64,000 nucleotides of DNA from an uncultured Clostridia bacterium (GCA_947177795.1 CAMWVR010000001.1:6101-70100), one strand, 5' to 3'. Shown: positions 9,798 through 19,208, counted from the first letter of the stretch. Notes: a model not told the origin generated them from the sequence alone. Numbers and translations are program-made.

Positions 9798-11066
9798 TTA
9801 TTGGCTGGTTATCTTTTTATAGTTACTAATCATCTTCTGTAATCTAGGCAAGTTACGTAGGCTCTTATCTTTTAGATTGAATAATTCCCCTACTATTCGT
9901 CTACTGATAATAGTCTTAGGATTACTTGCAATATAGTTTTCTACTTTACTGTTGAACTCTTTACAGCATTTGTCGTCTATGGTTTCCCAATCCCATTTTT
10001 TACTTCTATATGGGCTATAAGAACCTTGTGGTTTGGGTTTGTCGTATGTTCCCATTAATACCTGCCTTACTACTTCGTGGCATACATTCATTGCGTTGGC
10101 TATCTCGTATGTATTCTTACCTTGTTGACTTAGTTCTCTAACTCTTCTATCAAAGGTAATATGCTTTGGCTCGGTATAACCTTTATATAAGCACAACTCT
10201 TTAGGTGTTATATCTTCAAACATTGCAACTAATAATATTTCATAGGCATTGAAGAACTTATTCCTAAATATATAAGCAAGCCGAAGTTTATTAATATCAT
10301 AGGACTTTAATCCATCATAATACATTGCCATATCTCTTTCTAGTTCAACTAAATTCCTTTGTTCCCCACGTGGCGATACGTACTCATCTTTTAACTTAAC
10401 TGTAAGATAGTCTCCTAGCGATATATCCGTATCTAAATCAAACGGCTGATGAATAACGTCATTAATATACTTTGCTACTCTTATATTTATATCGTCTTCT
10501 TTATATTCTACTACCTTACCTACTCCACTTGAAGATATAATTTGCTCTAACGGAATTAAAGTTGCACTCCTTCCTTTATTGGGTAACACGGTATCAACTA
10601 ATTCACAGTTATGAAATGGACAAACGTGGATTGACGGTATTAAATGCTGAATATGAAAATAACACTCCCCATACTGCCGTCTATCTTCTTCTACACACTT
10701 GGGGCAATAACTCAAAAAATATTCATTCTTCCTTTGTGATATTGGGAGGTACTGACGAAGTAACGGCTTATTTGTCATAGCGTAATTATAGGCTTTTACT
10801 CTTTTCTCTTTGGGTAGAAATCTTGCATAATAGGCAAATAGAGTATGCTCTAATAGTAATTCTTTATATGGAATAAATCTTTCAAGTGTCTTTCTAAATT
10901 CTTTGCTTAAAGAGTTAATAAAATTATACTCTGGATTCTCATTCCACCGAGCAAATACGTCATTTGCAAACCCTCTGTGCCACACATAACCACTATGAAC
11001 ATAAAGCCTGCATAGATAAGAGTATACGCTCTCATCAGGATAAATAGTGTCAATATACTTTATCAT
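9798..11066 (-). CDS. tniQ: TniQ/TnsD-family transposition target-selection protein
   Basis: The N-terminal YPDESVYSYLCRLYVHSGY is the TniQ signature. The zinc-finger pattern CPKCVEED...YFHIQHLIPSIHVCPFHNCEL is present. The start overlaps the tnsC stop by 4 nt. Confidence 0.85.
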   Translation of the reverse strand: MIKYIDTIYPDESVYSYLCRLYVHSGYVWHRGFANDVFARWNENPEYNFINSLSKEFRKTLERFIPYKELLLEHTLFAYYARFLPKEKRVKAYNYAMTNKPLLRQYLPISQRKNEYFLSYCPKCVEEDRRQYGECYFHIQHLIPSIHVCPFHNCELVDTVLPNKGRSATLIPLEQIISSSGVGKVVEYKEDDINIRVAKYINDVIHQPFDLDTDISLGDYLTVKLKDEYVSPRGEQRNLVELERDMAMYYDGLKSYDINKLRLAYIFRNKFFNAYEILLVAMFEDITPKELCLYKGYTEPKHITFDRRVRELSQQGKNTYEIANAMNVCHEVVRQVLMGTYDKPKPQGSYSPYRSKKWDWETIDDKCCKEFNSKVENYIASNPKTIISRRIVGELFNLKDKSLRNLPRLQKMISNYKKITSQ

Positions 11067-12280
11067 AGTTTGACATACTCCACGTTGATATTATCTTTGA
11101 GCAAGTTGATAAACAAAGTAAGGTCTTTCTTTGACTGCTTTCTGATACTATATAGCAACTGCTGATTATCTAATGGAACGACTACACTTGACTTTACTTC
11201 TTTAATTTCCTTCGTCTTTGCTACCTTTATCTCATCCAACTTGATATACGGTGACATCGTTGCAAAGTTCTCTTGGAAAGTATTCTCAAATTCAATAGTA
11301 CTTAGTTCCTCTTTGCCATTTAATATTACGTTACGTTGCGTTTCTACAAACAAACTGACGAGCATAGATGGGATGCCATTAGATAACTTATATAAAGTCC
11401 TTGCGAACTCGGCATTAAACTCAACCCTTTTTAAAGTGTACTGATATTTAAACAGTATTCTCACGAAGTTAAAATAGTATTCGTCATAGTCCATTTTCTC
11501 TATAGATATTCCTATAGTCCTACGACTTAAATACTCCTTTGTTTCAAAATATCTATTAGCCGATTCATTCCCCACAAAGCAAACTGCAATGTTGGATTGA
11601 TTAACAAGTTGAGTTAAATAATTTATAAGAGTAATTCCTTTTCTGCTGTCATTTGCCACACGCTATATCTCATCTATTACAAGAAGTGCAACATGATTTA
11701 TTAGCACGTTGCTCACCGCAGCTAATAATGCGTCTGTGGTTGCTGTAACGTAGTTATTTGCAACGAAATAATTCGTGCCGAGCAATCTGTCAACCCCTTG
11801 TAAAATTGCGTATAAAAGGCTTTTAAATGAACCGTCTGAAACGCACTCTATGAACAGGATCGGGATAATCTCTCGATATGGTTTTTGGCTAATGAGTATT
11901 TTGTCTGCAATAATGTCAGCACATCTTTGGACACTCGAAGTTTTCCCTAATCCTGCAGTTCCTGTTATCTTAAAAGATTCCAAACCGCCAACCAAGCCAT
12001 AGCGTTTCAAGCCTTTAATTGCCCTAAAATTATCGTTCTGCAAGCTAACTTCCAATAGCGTACTCTTCTTTTCCAACGAATTAAGAATCGCCATATAAAG
12101 CCTATTATAGACGTATAGTGTTATCTTGTTGGGGATATAGAGTTTGTATACGTCTATAAGTGCTGTAAGTCTATCGGGCATCTCTATTAAGCCTTCTTGA
12201 TAGTGTGGCAATACTGTGAGTGCCTTAATAAGTTCCTCGCTTGAAAGGTACTTATTTAACTGTTCTTTTATTCTATCCAT
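11063..12280 (-). pseudogene. tnsC: TnsC/TniB-like AAA+ ATPase interrupted by an in-frame TAG
   Basis: Walker A is GTAGLGKTS and Walker B is LLVIDEI. The next codon (11663-11665) is TAG, and the same frame continues RVANDSRKGITLINY.... The two track ORFs (11663..12280 and 11063..11659) are in one frame. Confidence 0.8.
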
Positions 12281-14060
12281 TATTACCTCCTCTGTTTATC
12301 TCCGACTTTCTATGTTGGCGTACATTTGTTAAGTCTACCTTTTGACCTAAGATAGAGTTGGCAATCAGTTCTATATCCCTTGATAGGTCAATACTACCTT
12401 GTATAGCTATATCCTCAACACTTCTCTCTACTTGCTTCTTTTTCTCTTTTATAGCTTGTACTTCTTCCATATCCATATCGGTAAAATATGATTCTATAAT
12501 CTCAAAAGGTGTGTAAACGCCATTTTCGCACAGCCATACTCTACTTACATTGTTGGGATTGTAGGCAACAACACATTCGCCACCTTTTAGGTATCTTTCA
12601 GTATAGTTTAAATTCTTGTATCTTTCTTTATTTACGTGTAGTCCGTCTCTCTTAAAATAGCCTTTGCCTCTTGGTAATAATGTAAGCCAAAGCATTTCGT
12701 CATCAACTTTTATAAGGTTATTTTTGCTTGACGGCAGACAATAATTCCACAACTCATTTGCAAATGGCTGAACGATTCCTACAGTCTCATATGGTAGATT
12801 TATAATCCTCTTAGAGTTGTATTTGATAATGCAAAGCAAGACTATCTTTTCAAATTCTTTTAATGTGAGCGTAGCATTTTTCCTATAGTCAACACCGCCA
12901 CGCTCTTGATAGTGCTCAAATATTACGCCTTTATTTGCAAGTTCCGTCTTATAGGAGTTCTGTATGATACCAAAGAATCGCTCGACTAAACTCTTTTGGT
13001 CAGGACGATAAGGTGGAAGATTTATTATTTCTACGCCTAATTCTGCAACTTGAGAGAATGTCTCTGAAGTGTATTCTCGACCTTTATCCGTAACGAATTT
13101 GTGGGGTAAACTACTGCAGTCCCATGTGTTAGAATCTATCTCAATGCCAAACTTTTTACAATGCTCTTGCTTATCTGCAACGATATTCTCTATCAATGCT
13201 TTCAGTGAGTTTATACCCTTATCGAAGCATAAAGAATACCCCATACAAAGAGAAGTGTAACCATCCACGCAAGCCGTTAACGTTGGACGTCCCAACAATT
13301 CTCCTTTATCGTTGACTAAAAATATATCGCATACAGTACTATCAAATAATCCAACGCCTATAGAAGAGCAAAAGTCTCTGACATTACCGAGCATAACACG
13401 ATGATTTCTTAAGAACTCCCCCTTGCCCTCTCTCGATATAATCAGATTCTCTCGTTTTACTGTCTTATGGAAAAAGTAATCGAACTGCCTGAAGGTTGGG
13501 ATATGAGAGAGCAATCTACCTTGTTTATCACAGTACTTGTCTTTCAACATTCGGCGGTAGCACTCTATTAAAGGCATTTTAAGAGCATTGAAATAATATT
13601 TGTTCAATGCCCATCTATAGTTTTTCTCATCTGCTGTAAGCGGTTTTTCTTTGCATTTACTGTTGGGCAAAAAGATGCAGATGTCTTGGAAAGCTAAGTA
13701 ATCGCACAATCTACTCTTGATTGTATTCTTACTCAAATGAAACCTCTCGGCACATAAAGCAATGGCTTGATTTCTTTCGTAGTCATTTCCTACAGTTGGA
13801 ATGATAAAACTGATACTGCCATATTTGCTATGAATTATTTGCTTTTGCTGTTGAGAGAGACTGTCATAGCTCACAAGATTAACACCGACTCTTACTCTCA
13901 ACTCCTCCTCTTCTATCTGTAGATAATCTGATAAGAAGTCCTCGCCCACCCAATAAGGCATATTCCTCTTGACGCAATCAATAATCTGTATGCGGTCATC
14001 TTCAATAGTTAAGACCCTATAAATACAGTCGCCTTTATAGAATAAATCATTAATCTTCAT
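12273..14060 (-). CDS. tnsB: TnsB-like DDE (Mu/rve-type) transposase
   Basis: 595 aa. DDE context: STVCDIFLVND, FVTDKGREYTS, QKSLVERFFG. The stop overlaps the tnsC ATG (ATGGATAG). Confidence 0.88.
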   Translation of the reverse strand: MKINDLFYKGDCIYRVLTIEDDRIQIIDCVKRNMPYWVGEDFLSDYLQIEEEELRVRVGVNLVSYDSLSQQQKQIIHSKYGSISFIIPTVGNDYERNQAIALCAERFHLSKNTIKSRLCDYLAFQDICIFLPNSKCKEKPLTADEKNYRWALNKYYFNALKMPLIECYRRMLKDKYCDKQGRLLSHIPTFRQFDYFFHKTVKRENLIISREGKGEFLRNHRVMLGNVRDFCSSIGVGLFDSTVCDIFLVNDKGELLGRPTLTACVDGYTSLCMGYSLCFDKGINSLKALIENIVADKQEHCKKFGIEIDSNTWDCSSLPHKFVTDKGREYTSETFSQVAELGVEIINLPPYRPDQKSLVERFFGIIQNSYKTELANKGVIFEHYQERGGVDYRKNATLTLKEFEKIVLLCIIKYNSKRIINLPYETVGIVQPFANELWNYCLPSSKNNLIKVDDEMLWLTLLPRGKGYFKRDGLHVNKERYKNLNYTERYLKGGECVVAYNPNNVSRVWLCENGVYTPFEIIESYFTDMDMEEVQAIKEKKKQVERSVEDIAIQGSIDLSRDIELIANSILGQKVDLTNVRQHRKSEINRGGNNG

Positions 14061-14397
14061 TAAGTACTATCCCCCAATCCACTATTCCTTTAGACAACCA
14101 ATAATTCCTACTCTCATCAAGTATCTTAATGTAATATGGTTTAAGTAGCTTATCTTTATAGACACACTCTCTAACCATTATCTCGCCATTAGTTTTAATG
14201 CAATAAAAATCTGTAGTAAAACTGCCTTCTACGTTAGAGACATCTATAGGAACATTGCACTTTATCTCTGCTATCTCACTGCTTGAATCTAACTGACAGC
14301 CGTACTTGTACTGCAACTCACTGTAAGCATAAAATATCAAACGACACTTGCTCAGTTTCTTCTTCATTGTTACGCTATGAGTATTCTTGTTCCGCAT
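14050..14397 (-). CDS. tnsA: short TnsA-like endonuclease (restriction-endonuclease fold)
   Basis: 115 aa with the spaced acidic/lysine pattern YSELQY ... TTDFYCI ... RECVYK, like the TnsA E-D-K catalytic core. It overlaps the tnsB start by 11 nt. The assignment rests on position plus a weak motif. Confidence 0.55.
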   Translation of the reverse strand: MRNKNTHSVTMKKKLSKCRLIFYAYSELQYKYGCQLDSSSEIAEIKCNVPIDVSNVEGSFTTDFYCIKTNGEIMVRECVYKDKLLKPYYIKILDESRNYWLSKGIVDWGIVLNED

Positions 14398-14430
14398 CCT
14401 AAAAACTTCCTTTTTTTTCTTTAAATATTA

Positions 14431-14520
14431 AATTAAGAAGATTTTGCTTTTCGAATTTAAGAAGAATTTCACTCTTAAACTTATAAAATTCTTCTTTTTT
14501 CTATTTAAATTCTTCTTTAT
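14431..14520. promoter_or_regulatory. four copies of AAGAAGA(A)TTT, two forward and two inverted, between tnsA and the element end
   Basis: AATTAAGAAGATTTT (14431-14445) and AATTTAAGAAGAATTT (14454-14469) are forward. AAAATTCTTCTTTT (14486-14499) and TAAATTCTTCTTTAT (14507-14520) are inverted. Confidence 0.5.
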
Positions 14521-14544
14521 TTCTCATTTTGCTCAATCACTCTA

Positions 14545-14568
14545 TGTCTTCCGACAAGACTGATTTAC
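14545..14568. repeat. 24-bp terminal-repeat copy, inverted orientation (TGTCTTCCGACAAGACTGATTTAC)
   Basis: Perfect reverse complement of 14761-14784. Confidence 0.85.
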
Positions 14569-14638
14569 GCAAGCCAGACAATTTTCTTTGACACTTCCCC
14601 CAATCAAGTTAGGCTTGTTCCAAGTCTCCTAAGCATAG

Positions 14639-14665
14639 AAAAAAGACCCTACTTTTGTAAGGTCT
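14639..14665 (-). terminator. rho-independent terminator inside the transposon right-end region
   Basis: The minus strand reads AGACCTTAC-aaaa-GTAGGGTCT followed by TTTTTT. It is the first terminator downstream of rpsR. Confidence 0.6.
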
Positions 14666-14760
14666 CCTACTATTTTTTGTTTATTATATAGTTTTTTCTC
14701 TTTGTCTATCTTCCTACATTACTTACCTAATCTACTGCAAGTCTTTTTTGGTAGATTTGT

Positions 14761-14784
14761 GTAAATCAGTCTTGTCGGAAGACA
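14761..14784. repeat. putative Tn7-like right terminus (GTAAATCAGTCTTGTCGGAAGACA)
   Basis: It ends in ACA at 14784, 9 nt before the rpsR stop codon (14794-14796). It coincides with the abrupt change from AT-rich to ~50% GC sequence. Confidence 0.7.
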
Positions 14785-14793
14785 CCAACTGTC

Positions 14794-15045
14794 TTACTCA
14801 GCTACGTATGGGAGCAAAGCCATTTCTCTTGCCCTCTTGACAGCCTCGGTAACTACTCTTTGGTGCTTAGCGCACGTTCCGCTCATTCTTCTGGGAACAA
14901 TCTTGCCCTTCTCCGTGATGAACTTGCGCAATTTTGCAACGTCTTTATAATCTAATTCGTCCACACCGTCTGCGCAAAAGATGCAAACCTTTTTGCGTGA
15001 CATTTGCTTTTTAGCGGGACGCTTAACTACCTTTTCTTCGCTCAT
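14794..15045 (-). CDS. rpsR: 30S ribosomal protein S18
   Basis: [46 protein letters not shown] is classic S18. It sits in rpsF-ssb-rpsR synteny. Confidence 0.97.
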   Translation of the reverse strand: MSEEKVVKRPAKKQMSRKKVCIFCADGVDELDYKDVAKLRKFITEKGKIVPRRMSGTCAKHQRVVTEAVKRAREMALLPYVAE

Positions 15046-15062
15046 TGTCTTAAATCTCCTTA

Positions 15063-15488
15063 TTAGAATGGTAAATCGTCTTCGTCTACGGGAGTCAAAC
15101 CGCCGTTGTTAGACTTTGCGTTTGAGCCGTATCCATTATTCTCACTGCTTTGAGTGTTGTCGCCGTCAGTTCTGCCGGCGCCGGACGGAAGAAATTCAAC
15201 TTCGTCGGCAACTATGTCGTACGCCGTACGCTTGGAACCGTCCTGAGCGTCGTATTGGCGCGTCTGGATAGCGCCTACTACGCAGACCTTTCTGCCTTTT
15301 TGCAAAATCTTAGCGCAATTCTCTGCCAAGCCTCTCCAGCAAACCACGTTGAAAAAATCAGTAGCGTCGTTTTCTCTGCTGAATCTGCGATTGACAGCTA
15401 TTGAAAATCTGCAATAAGACACTCCGCTTTGCGTTGCGCCCGACTCGGGATCCCTCGTCAAGTTGCCTATCAATATAACTCTGTTCAT
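15063..15488 (-). CDS. ssb: single-stranded DNA-binding protein
   Basis: [17 protein letters not shown]-fold start, a Gly/Asn-rich tail and the terminal DDLPF motif. Confidence 0.97.
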   Translation of the reverse strand: MNRVILIGNLTRDPESGATQSGVSYCRFSIAVNRRFSRENDATDFFNVVCWRGLAENCAKILQKGRKVCVVGAIQTRQYDAQDGSKRTAYDIVADEVEFLPSGAGRTDGDNTQSSENNGYGSNAKSNNGGLTPVDEDDLPF

Positions 15489-15498
15489 AATCTTCTCC

Positions 15499-15780
15499 TT
15501 ACTTTTTGATAATCATTGATCTTACGACTTCGTCTGTAATACGGTTCATTCTCTTGAGTTCTTCGGGAACGTTAGCGGGAGCCGTAAAGTTTACCAAAAC
15601 GTAATAGCCTTCCGTGGTGTAGTCGATAGGGTAAGCGTATTTCTTGGTACCCCACTTGTCGGTGTTTTCGATTTCTCCGCCGTTTGACGTGATAACCGAA
15701 GCCATTTTGTCAACTACTTCCTGTTTTGCCTCGTCGGTAATATCATTCTTGATGATATACAACATTTCGTACTTGTTCAT
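15499..15780 (-). CDS. rpsF: 30S ribosomal protein S6
   Basis: MNKYEMLYIIKNDITDEAKQ...WGTKKYAYPI, at the first position of the S6-SSB-S18 operon. Confidence 0.95.
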   Translation of the reverse strand: MNKYEMLYIIKNDITDEAKQEVVDKMASVITSNGGEIENTDKWGTKKYAYPIDYTTEGYYVLVNFTAPANVPEELKRMNRITDEVVRSMIIKK

Positions 15781-15944
15781 TTTTATACCTCCTTTTGGTC
15801 TGATGGCTCGGACTTTTTGGTCCGAACAAGGGTGCGTATTTTTTAACTTTTGTCAAAAGATACGTTAAAATAATATCACAACAAATAAAAGTTGTAAAGA
15901 AATTTAACTTAATTTAATATAATTTTTTAACGTCAATAACGTCT

Positions 15945-16112
15945 TAGACTCTTCGACTCCACTGCGTTTCGCTCAGAGTGACGTAATTCTATATGTCACC
16001 TCGAGCGAAGTCGAGAGGTCTTATCCGTATTAGATTTCTCCGCTTCACTGCGTTTTGGTCGAAATGACATTGGATTTTGTCATTTCGAGCGAAGTCGAGA
16101 AATCTCTATCCG
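15945..16112. repeat. intergenic repeat cluster A (R-F-R-F units)
   Basis: Units are AGACTCTTCGACTCCACTGCGTTTCGCTCAGAGTGAC, GTCACCTCGAGCGAAGTCGAGAGGTCTTATCC, AGATTTCTCCGCTTCACTGCGTTTTGGTCGAAATGAC and GTCATTTCGAGCGAAGTCGAGAAATCTCTATCC. F and R units are imperfect reverse complements. Confidence 0.85.
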
Positions 16113-16118
16113 TTTAAT

Positions 16119-17567
16119 TCACTGCATATCACGCGCAAGCAGATCTATCGAGAAGTCAAGTCTTCTCATGCTCTCTTCTTTGCCGAGAAGTTCCGCCATT
16201 TCCGTAGCTCCGCCCGGAGTGCTTGCCACGCCCGTGATCGCCAAACGCAATGGCAGGAATATCTGTCCGCTCTTGCAAGCGAGTTTTTCCGCAAGCGCCA
16301 TACCTCTTTGCTTAAGCGCCTCGTCGGTCCAATCCTCAAAGTCTTTGAAGTCCTCTCTGATAGCTTTTAAATTGTTGAGAGCTATCTCTTTGGTAATCTT
16401 CATCTTTTTATGCTCAAACATAGCAGTGTCGTACTCGCCGAACTCCTCGAGAAAATCCACCTTTTCGGCAATTTCGCCAAGCACTTCCACTCTGGGAATC
16501 AAGAGTTTTGCAAGCGCAAGATAATCATATTTGCCTGCGATTTTACTGCTCTCAAAATACGGTTTTGCCACTTCGACAAACTCCTCGGGAGTCATTTGCT
16601 TGATATATTCGCCGTTGAGCCAACGCATCTTTGCTTCGTCGAAAATACTCGGCGACTTGGATATGCCGTCGACGTCGAATTGCTCGACGAGCTCGTCCAT
16701 ACTCAACTTTTCCTCGTTGCCCTTGGGCGACCAACCGAGAAGCGCAATATAGTTGACGATTGCCTTTGGCAAATATCCCTTTGCAAGGAAGTCCTCGAAG
16801 TTTGCGTCGCCGTATCTCTTGGACAACTTGCGTTGGGCGTCTTTCATGATTGGCGAAAGGTGCATATAATGCGGTCTTTCCCAACCAAACGCGTCGTACA
16901 TAAGATTATATTTTGGCGTAGAAGAAAGATACTCGACGCCTCTTATTACGTAATTGATTGCCATAAGATGATCGTCCACGACGTTGGCAAAATTATAGGT
17001 AGGCATACCGTCCGACTTGATAAGCACGCCGTCTTCCATATCCTCGTTGGGTACGCTGATATGTCCGAATACCATATCGTCGTACTCACTTACGCCCTCC
17101 GTCGGAATATTCTGTCTGATGACGTACGGCTCGCCGTCTGCAAGTCTCTTGTCGACCTCTTCTTTTGACAATGATAAACAATGCTTGTCGTATTTTGCTA
17201 TTCCCTTATCGTCCTTGAGAGAGTCAAGTCTCTCCTTGTCGCAAAAACAATAGTACGCCCCGCCCTTGTCGACAAGTTCTTTGGCGTAATCGAGATAGAG
17301 CGACTTGCGCTCGCTTTGGATATAAGGTCCGTACCCGCCGTCCTTGTCTGGACCTTCGTCGTGCTGTATACCTGCTTTCTTAAGCGTACTGTATATCACG
17401 TCGACTGCGCCTTCGACGTATCTCTCTTGGTCGGTATCTTCTATTCTCAGCACGAATTCGCCGTTGTTTTTCTTGGCGAAAAGATACGCGTAAAGACACG
17501 TTCTTAAATTCCCTATATGCATAAATCCCGTGGGTGATGGGGCAAATCTCGTTCTTACCTTGCTCAT
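16119..17567 (-). CDS. gltX: glutamate--tRNA ligase
   Basis: RTRFAPSPTGFMHIGNLRT (HIGH region) and KLSKR (KMSKS region), in 482 aa. Confidence 0.95.
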   Translation of the reverse strand: MSKVRTRFAPSPTGFMHIGNLRTCLYAYLFAKKNNGEFVLRIEDTDQERYVEGAVDVIYSTLKKAGIQHDEGPDKDGGYGPYIQSERKSLYLDYAKELVDKGGAYYCFCDKERLDSLKDDKGIAKYDKHCLSLSKEEVDKRLADGEPYVIRQNIPTEGVSEYDDMVFGHISVPNEDMEDGVLIKSDGMPTYNFANVVDDHLMAINYVIRGVEYLSSTPKYNLMYDAFGWERPHYMHLSPIMKDAQRKLSKRYGDANFEDFLAKGYLPKAIVNYIALLGWSPKGNEEKLSMDELVEQFDVDGISKSPSIFDEAKMRWLNGEYIKQMTPEEFVEVAKPYFESSKIAGKYDYLALAKLLIPRVEVLGEIAEKVDFLEEFGEYDTAMFEHKKMKITKEIALNNLKAIREDFKDFEDWTDEALKQRGMALAEKLACKSGQIFLPLRLAITGVASTPGGATEMAELLGKEESMRRLDFSIDLLARDMQ

Positions 17568-17710
17568 AACATCTTCCTTTTTACGTTTTTGTGATATTTT
17601 CGATTAATAATATAACACATTCTTAACAATTTGTGTATAATAATTATGCAATAAATCAAAAAACTTTGATATCCGACCTTTTTTAAATCAAGTCGGGCGC
17701 AGGAGAAACA

Positions 17711-19018
17711 ATGAAAGATCATTTCCAAGTAATGCTACAAAAGACAATGCAGCTCATCGCCATTGACAGCGTGCAGTCAACTCCCTGCTCGCAATCCCCA
17801 TTCGGCGAGGGCGTGGCAAAGTGTCTCGACCTCGTATGCGAGACTGCCGAGGCAATGGGTATGACGACGCATAACGAGGGCGGATATTACTGCACTTGCG
17901 ACGTGGGCGAAGGCGAAACCTTCGGCATACTCGGTCATATCGACGTCGTGCCTTATGACGACGATTGGTCGGCAAATCCTCTCGGCGAAATAAAGGGCGA
18001 TACTATATACGGCAGAGGCATACTCGACGACAAAGGACCTATGATCTGCTGTCTTTACGCCGTCAATCAACTGCTTGAAGAGGGGTATAAACCAAAATGC
18101 AAGATACGATTCATCTTCGGCGGAAACGAAGAGAGCGGTTGGAAGTGCATTGACAAATACAACGAAGTCGACGTAATGCCCGAGAAAGGCTTTTCCCCCG
18201 ACGGAGACTTCCCCGTCATCAACTGCGAAAAAGGCTTGGTAGGTTACGACGTATATCTCGACGTACCCAAAGGCATGATAGACGTCGACGGCGGTAGCCG
18301 AGGCAATATCGTCATGTCAAAGTGCAGTTGCGTAATCGACGGCGAACTTTGCGGCAACGACGACGAAAAATTGCAAGTCAAGATTAAGGACGGCAAAACC
18401 TATATCACCTCTTACGGCAAACCTGCTCACGCCTCTACCCCTTGGGAAGGCGACAATGCGCTGTGGAGACTTCTGAACTTTTTGAGCGAAAAACTCGGCG
18501 GCGAGTATACTTTCCTCAAAGAAAAACTGTGTCACAACGACGGCAGCGGCGCCGACGTCAAACTTGCAGACGAAAAGAGCGGAAAACTCACTTTCAACGT
18601 GGGCGTGGTCAATATAGAAAAATCCGCCGACGGAAAAGACAAACTACACCTCATTATAGACATACGCCACCCCGTGACTTACACCAAAGAAGATATATTG
18701 CAAAGATTGAAAAAGAGTCTTTTCGCAAAAGACGTAAGCGTACGCAACTTCCACGATCCACTCTACATCGACAAGGACAACGAGCTTGTGCAAAGCCTTC
18801 TCAAATCCTATAACAAAGTCACTGGCGAAAACGCTTCGCCCATCACAATAGGCGGCGGCACTTACGCAAGAGCTCTCAAGTGCGGAGTTGCTTTCGGTCC
18901 TATGTTCCCGGGTATGGAAAGCACGATACACCAAAAAGACGAAAGATTGAGCATAGCCGATTTCAAAAAAATATATGACGTGTACTACACGGCTATCAAG
19001 GACTTGCTCTTTAATTAG
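17711..19018 (+). CDS. M20-family dipeptidase (PepV/Sapep-like)
   Basis: GHIDVVP, GRGILDDKGP and GGNEESG metal-ligand motifs. GGAG RBS upstream. Confidence 0.8.
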   Translation: MKDHFQVMLQKTMQLIAIDSVQSTPCSQSPFGEGVAKCLDLVCETAEAMGMTTHNEGGYYCTCDVGEGETFGILGHIDVVPYDDDWSANPLGEIKGDTIYGRGILDDKGPMICCLYAVNQLLEEGYKPKCKIRFIFGGNEESGWKCIDKYNEVDVMPEKGFSPDGDFPVINCEKGLVGYDVYLDVPKGMIDVDGGSRGNIVMSKCSCVIDGELCGNDDEKLQVKIKDGKTYITSYGKPAHASTPWEGDNALWRLLNFLSEKLGGEYTFLKEKLCHNDGSGADVKLADEKSGKLTFNVGVVNIEKSADGKDKLHLIIDIRHPVTYTKEDILQRLKKSLFAKDVSVRNFHDPLYIDKDNELVQSLLKSYNKVTGENASPITIGGGTYARALKCGVAFGPMFPGMESTIHQKDERLSIADFKKIYDVYYTAIKDLLFN

Positions 19019-19208
19019 GAGACTTTGCTTAATTTCTCACGGCAGAATTGCTTTCGATTTACGCGCTAAGTTCGTCTAGACAACACGCTCGTAACTCTGC
19101 TACGAGCGTAACGCCTATCCTCCTTATCACAAAAATCGCTAACGCAATTTTGCTCGCGTCAATTAATAAAGTCTCCTATGAAGAAGAAACATATATGAGG
19201 AAAAAACT

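Larger units (their letters stand above)
1..14784 (-). mobile_element. Tn7-like transposon (tnsA-tnsB-tnsC-tniQ plus cargo); left end outside the window
   Basis: The core gene set is in canonical order next to one terminus. The TGT/ACA terminal repeat is present, the compositional break falls at 14784/14785, and the host intergenic repeat family is absent from 1-14784. Confidence 0.75.

Noticed and set aside
11663-11665. TAG reassignment (alternative genetic code) in the island, which would make tnsC intact
   Set aside because: tnsB (12273), the cupin gene (2970) and the 729-aa ORF (763) all terminate sensibly at TAG, with the next gene starting within a few nt. TAG therefore behaves as a stop in this element.
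14545-14784. Simple independently inserted MITE with a target-site duplication
   Set aside because: The 5-bp flanks (CTCTA at 14540-14544 and CCAAC at 14785-14789) do not match. It is kept as an open finding rather than called as a mobile element.
16077-16370. Small ORFs and N-terminal extensions translated from repeat clusters (16077..16370 +, the first 33 codons of 36317..37198, the first 37 codons of 49343..50002, and 44983..45234 +)
   Set aside because: Their sequences are the intergenic repeat units. Proper RBS-preceded starts exist downstream for radC and trmL.
17568-17710. T-box leader upstream of gltX
   Set aside because: The whole divergent intergenic region is only ~143 nt and AT-rich, which is too short for a T-box. 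I saw no specifier or antiterminator structure.
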